Positions 26,834 to 29,713 of a stretch of DNA of 29,713 bases are shown here, in pieces. The stretch covers positions 1 to 29,713 of the IMG/VR virus record IMGVR_UViG_3300017717_000046. One strand, 5' to 3'. How positions within the stretch are numbered: position 1 is the stretch's first letter; the number at the start of each line of letters is the position of its first letter. The notes beneath the pieces are model-generated. The model did no database searches and had not been told where the DNA came from. It saw only the letters and a list, made by a program, of their open reading frames with translations. A program made the translations under genes and the position numbers. The stretch comes from a virus (Duplodnaviria; Caudoviricetes).

Positions 26834-27050
26834 AAACTACAGAAAAGAATACGACACCTACCACAAAACAGCGCGACAGAAGAAGCGCCGTGCTGGTCGT
26901 AACAAGGCCCGTAGTCTTGTCATCAAGAGGAGAGGCAAAAAGGCGGTTCAGGGTAAGGATGTGCATCACGCAGACCGCAACCCTCAGAACAACGGCTCAA
27001 GTAACCTGAAGATTCAGAGTAAGAAGAAGAACCGAGGAAACAATAAGTAA
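26826..27050 (+). CDS. Small HNH endonuclease-like protein
   Basis: MARNYRKEY, R..RNKAR, GKDVHH.D.NP.NN..SNL......NR. Start taken at ATG 26826. Confidence 0.78.
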   Translation: MARNYRKEYDTYHKTARQKKRRAGRNKARSLVIKRRGKKAVQGKDVHHADRNPQNNGSSNLKIQSKKKNRGNNK

Positions 27051-27052
27051 TA

Positions 27053-28705
27053 GTGGACATTCCAGACAAAATAAAAGACTTTAGGAACTTCCTGTATATT
27101 GTCTGGAAGCACCTAAACCTACCCAACCCTACACCTATTCAATATGAAATCGCCGCATACATGCAAGGAGGAGATAGACGAGCTATTATCGAAGGTTTTA
27201 GGGGAGTCGGTAAGAGTTGGATTTGCTCTGCATACATTGTGCACCAACTCCTCCTCGACCCAAGCAAAAACATACTTGTCGTCTCTGCTTCTAAGACAAG
27301 AGCAGATGACTTCAGCACTTTTACACTTAGACTCATCCATGAACTCCCTATTCTCGCTCACCTTAGACCCACCGCCTCACAGCGATTTTCCAAAATCTCC
27401 TTCGACGTCGGACCAGCCCCCGCCTCCCACGCCCCCTCCGTCAAATCCTTGGGAGTCACGTCTCAACTGACGGGCTCCCGAGCTGACATCATTGTTGCGG
27501 ACGATATTGAGGTTGTTGGTAACAGCGCCACCCAAGGGATGCGCGACAAGCTGGGCGAGCAGGTCAAGGAGTTTGACGCCATTATCAAACCCGAAGATGA
27601 GTCAAGAATTCTCTTTCTGGGAACCCCTCAGTGTGAAGACACAGTCTACAACAAGCTCACCGAGCGGGGATACAAGAAACGCATCTGGCCAGCTAAATAC
27701 GTCACACAGAAGACAAACGAGTCTTCCTACGACGGAACCGTAAGCGACTATTGCGTCAAAGACGAGTGTGAGGGAGAGTCCACGGAACCACTGCGGTTCT
27801 CCGACATCGACCTAGCGGAGCGAGAGGCTTCCTACGGACGCACCGGGTTTGCCATGCAATTCATGCTGGATACCCGCCTAAGTGACCTAGACCGATACCC
27901 ACTCAAGACCAGCGACCTCGTAGTGATGTCTGTAGACCCCACAGTGGCTCCCGAGAAGCTTGTGTGGGCCCGTGACCCTAATTTGGAGTGGGACTCCTCT
28001 GTGCCCAACGTAGGGCTCTCAGGGGACCGTTTCTACAGACCCATGCAAACCCTCGGGGACTACATCCCATACACAGGCTCTGTAATGTCCATTGACCCCT
28101 CTGGACGAGGAAAAGATGAGACCGCCTTCAGCGTTGTCAAAATGCTCAACGGTTACCTCTACGTCCCAGACGGCGGAGGGATGCAAGGAGGCTACGGCGA
28201 CGACACCCTAAAAGCCCTAGCCATCAAAGCCAAGGAACACAAGGTGAACGCCATCGTGGTCGAGAGTAACTTCGGTGACGGTATGTTTGTGGAGTTGTTC
28301 AAGCCCATCCTAACCAAAATACACCCTTGCACCATCGAGGAGGTCAGACACAACACCCAAAAGGAACGCAGAATCATTGACACCCTTGAACCCGTAATGA
28401 ACCAACACAGGCTCGTTATCGACCCCAAGGTCATCCAGAAGGACTACGAAAGCGCACAGCGCTACCCTAACGACTCACAACTCAAATACCAACTCATATA
28501 CCAGCTCTCGCGCCTCACCAGTCAACGCGGTGCAATCACCCACGATGACCGCCTAGATGCCCTAAGCATGGCCGTTGCCTACTGGACAGAACAAATGGCC
28601 CAAGACGCCGACAGACGCATGGGGGACCGCAAACAAGACCTTCTCAAAGAAGAACTAGAAAAGTTCATGGACAACTTCAGCAACAAAGCAACCACATGGG
28701 TATAA
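27053..28705 (+). CDS. terL: Terminase large subunit (T7 gp19-like)
   Basis: Walker A FRGVGKSW, LTGSRAD.I.ADD.E, LGTPQ, nuclease IDPSGRGKDET, ESNFGDGM, HDDRLDAL; GTG start. Confidence 0.97.
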   Translation: MDIPDKIKDFRNFLYIVWKHLNLPNPTPIQYEIAAYMQGGDRRAIIEGFRGVGKSWICSAYIVHQLLLDPSKNILVVSASKTRADDFSTFTLRLIHELPILAHLRPTASQRFSKISFDVGPAPASHAPSVKSLGVTSQLTGSRADIIVADDIEVVGNSATQGMRDKLGEQVKEFDAIIKPEDESRILFLGTPQCEDTVYNKLTERGYKKRIWPAKYVTQKTNESSYDGTVSDYCVKDECEGESTEPLRFSDIDLAEREASYGRTGFAMQFMLDTRLSDLDRYPLKTSDLVVMSVDPTVAPEKLVWARDPNLEWDSSVPNVGLSGDRFYRPMQTLGDYIPYTGSVMSIDPSGRGKDETAFSVVKMLNGYLYVPDGGGMQGGYGDDTLKALAIKAKEHKVNAIVVESNFGDGMFVELFKPILTKIHPCTIEEVRHNTQKERRIIDTLEPVMNQHRLVIDPKVIQKDYESAQRYPNDSQLKYQLIYQLSRLTSQRGAITHDDRLDALSMAVAYWTEQMAQDADRRMGDRKQDLLKEELEKFMDNFSNKATTWV

Positions 28706-29019
28706 ACAAAGACAGAATCAACCTCCGGGTAGCAGGAATGGACATCCCCCTGAACATCGTTGAGTCCTTCCCCGACGGAAGCCTCGGTGAATACGACGGC
28801 AACGTCCGGGAAATCAGTATAAGCAGGGCGTGTTTTAAAGACGTGAACCTCTTCAGGTCTACCCTTGTTCACGAAGTGGTGCATTGTGCACTAGACCTAA
28901 GCGGAGCCAACTACGGTATGACAACAAAGACTGAAGAACAGGTCGTTACAGCCGTTGAGGCTCTAGCAATCCCTGCGGTTAGGAGTATCGACAAAGCCTT
29001 TATACAACATCCATCTTAA
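28696..29019 (+). CDS. Small zincin-like metallopeptidase-fold protein
   Basis: G.Y......I.I, TLVHEVVH (HEXXH) and downstream EE; overlaps the TerL stop. Confidence 0.7.
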   Translation: MGINKDRINLRVAGMDIPLNIVESFPDGSLGEYDGNVREISISRACFKDVNLFRSTLVHEVVHCALDLSGANYGMTTKTEEQVVTAVEALAIPAVRSIDKAFIQHPS

Positions 29020-29713
29020 GAGGTGGTATATATGGACGCAGGGGGGACACTCTGAGTTAACTCAGAGCTGACTGAAGTCAACGAAGGTTAAAAACAACAC
29101 CTATAACTGTAGTGGAATGTGAGCGGTGGGATTGGTTAAGGGTAATTTACACTTACTCCCCCACAAAAAGCACACTCTAAGTGACCCATAGCGAACCCCT
29201 TGTCAAACAAAAAACACAAAAACACACTTTTCCATGTTTTTCTTCACTTAGGGGTTGACCTTGTGTCCCCCATCTGTTTCTTTTACGCGTGTGTTGTGTG
29301 TAATGCCCTCTGGGCCTCTTCTTATGTTGAGCGCTCAGGGGGTCCCCCGGTTACTAACGGTGGTTTTGATGCAAAAATCTGAGGGGGTAGCGTTACACGC
29401 TAGTGCGCGAGCACCCCCCGTGGCCCCACGACACGCGGATAGCGCACCCACAAAATACCCAGCGGTAAGCCACAGGCCACAGCACGAAGCTTTATCGAAC
29501 CACATGCGGTAAGCCAGCACAAAAAAGACACACAGCGCTAACGCTGGCGCAAGCACACAAGGCCAAGGGACCACGCCACCCACCCTGAACGGCCTGAAGC
29601 CAGCCAGCAAGCACGCATGGATACACGCACTATCATCCCCTAGTATAACTCAGGGCTCCACGCCGGACGCTCAGAGCTAAGCTCATTGCGAACTCAATGC
29701 GTAATCATTAGTG
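29020..29713. other. Non-coding region, probable genome right end / terminal-repeat neighbourhood
   Basis: No credible ORF after the last late gene; homopolymer tracts, several inverted repeats and abrupt strand-composition switches. Matches the position of the right end in T7-like genomes. Confidence 0.6.
29050..29067. repeat. Perfect 18-bp palindrome
   Basis: CTCTGAGTTAACTCAGAG equals its own reverse complement. Confidence 0.9.

Noticed and set aside
29170-29206. Perfect TTGACA on the minus strand (29206-29201)
   Set aside because: No acceptable -10 hexamer at 16-18 nt spacing.
29200-29512. ORFs 29200-29382 and 29255-29512
   Set aside because: They have TTG starts, run through low-complexity tracts and show no protein-like features; the region looks non-coding.
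230-29610. Numerous minus-strand ORFs in the track (e.g. 11293-11913, 21725-22417)
   Set aside because: Nearly all lie antisense to well-supported + strand genes (29335-29610 is in the non-coding end) and show no recognisable motifs; T7-like genomes are unidirectional.
1-29713. CRISPR array, tRNA, integrase, intron/intein or diversity-generating retroelement
   Set aside because: No spaced direct repeats, cloverleaf, recombinase or reverse-transcriptase motifs seen; polymerase, helicase and TerL are uninterrupted and of ordinary length.

Overview
This window is the middle-to-right part of a T7-like podophage genome (Autographiviridae-type gene order), with every credible gene on the + strand. 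The order is: endonuclease I (partial), primase-helicase, PD-(D/E)XK-like protein, family A DNA polymerase, 5'-3' exonuclease, DUF5664-like protein, small virion genes, a three-gene insert, portal, scaffold, a lysis cassette (holin-like, two spanin-like genes, amidase) placed between scaffold and major capsid protein, capsid with a Tphi-like terminator, tail tubular A/B, four internal virion proteins, short tail fibre, second holin, TerS, small HNH, TerL, an HEXXH protein and a non-coding probable genome end. No RNA polymerase, tRNA, CRISPR or integrase is in the window. Main observations: (1) a protein-kinase-like domain (K..E..DxxxxN..DFD) inside the gp16-like ejection protein; (2) no GATC, GTAC or CCWGG found in 29.7 kb by manual scan; (3) a relocated lysis cassette including small genes missed by the ORF track; (4) Shine-Dalgarno-free, A/C-rich translation starts. 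All family assignments come from motif recognition and synteny, not database searches.
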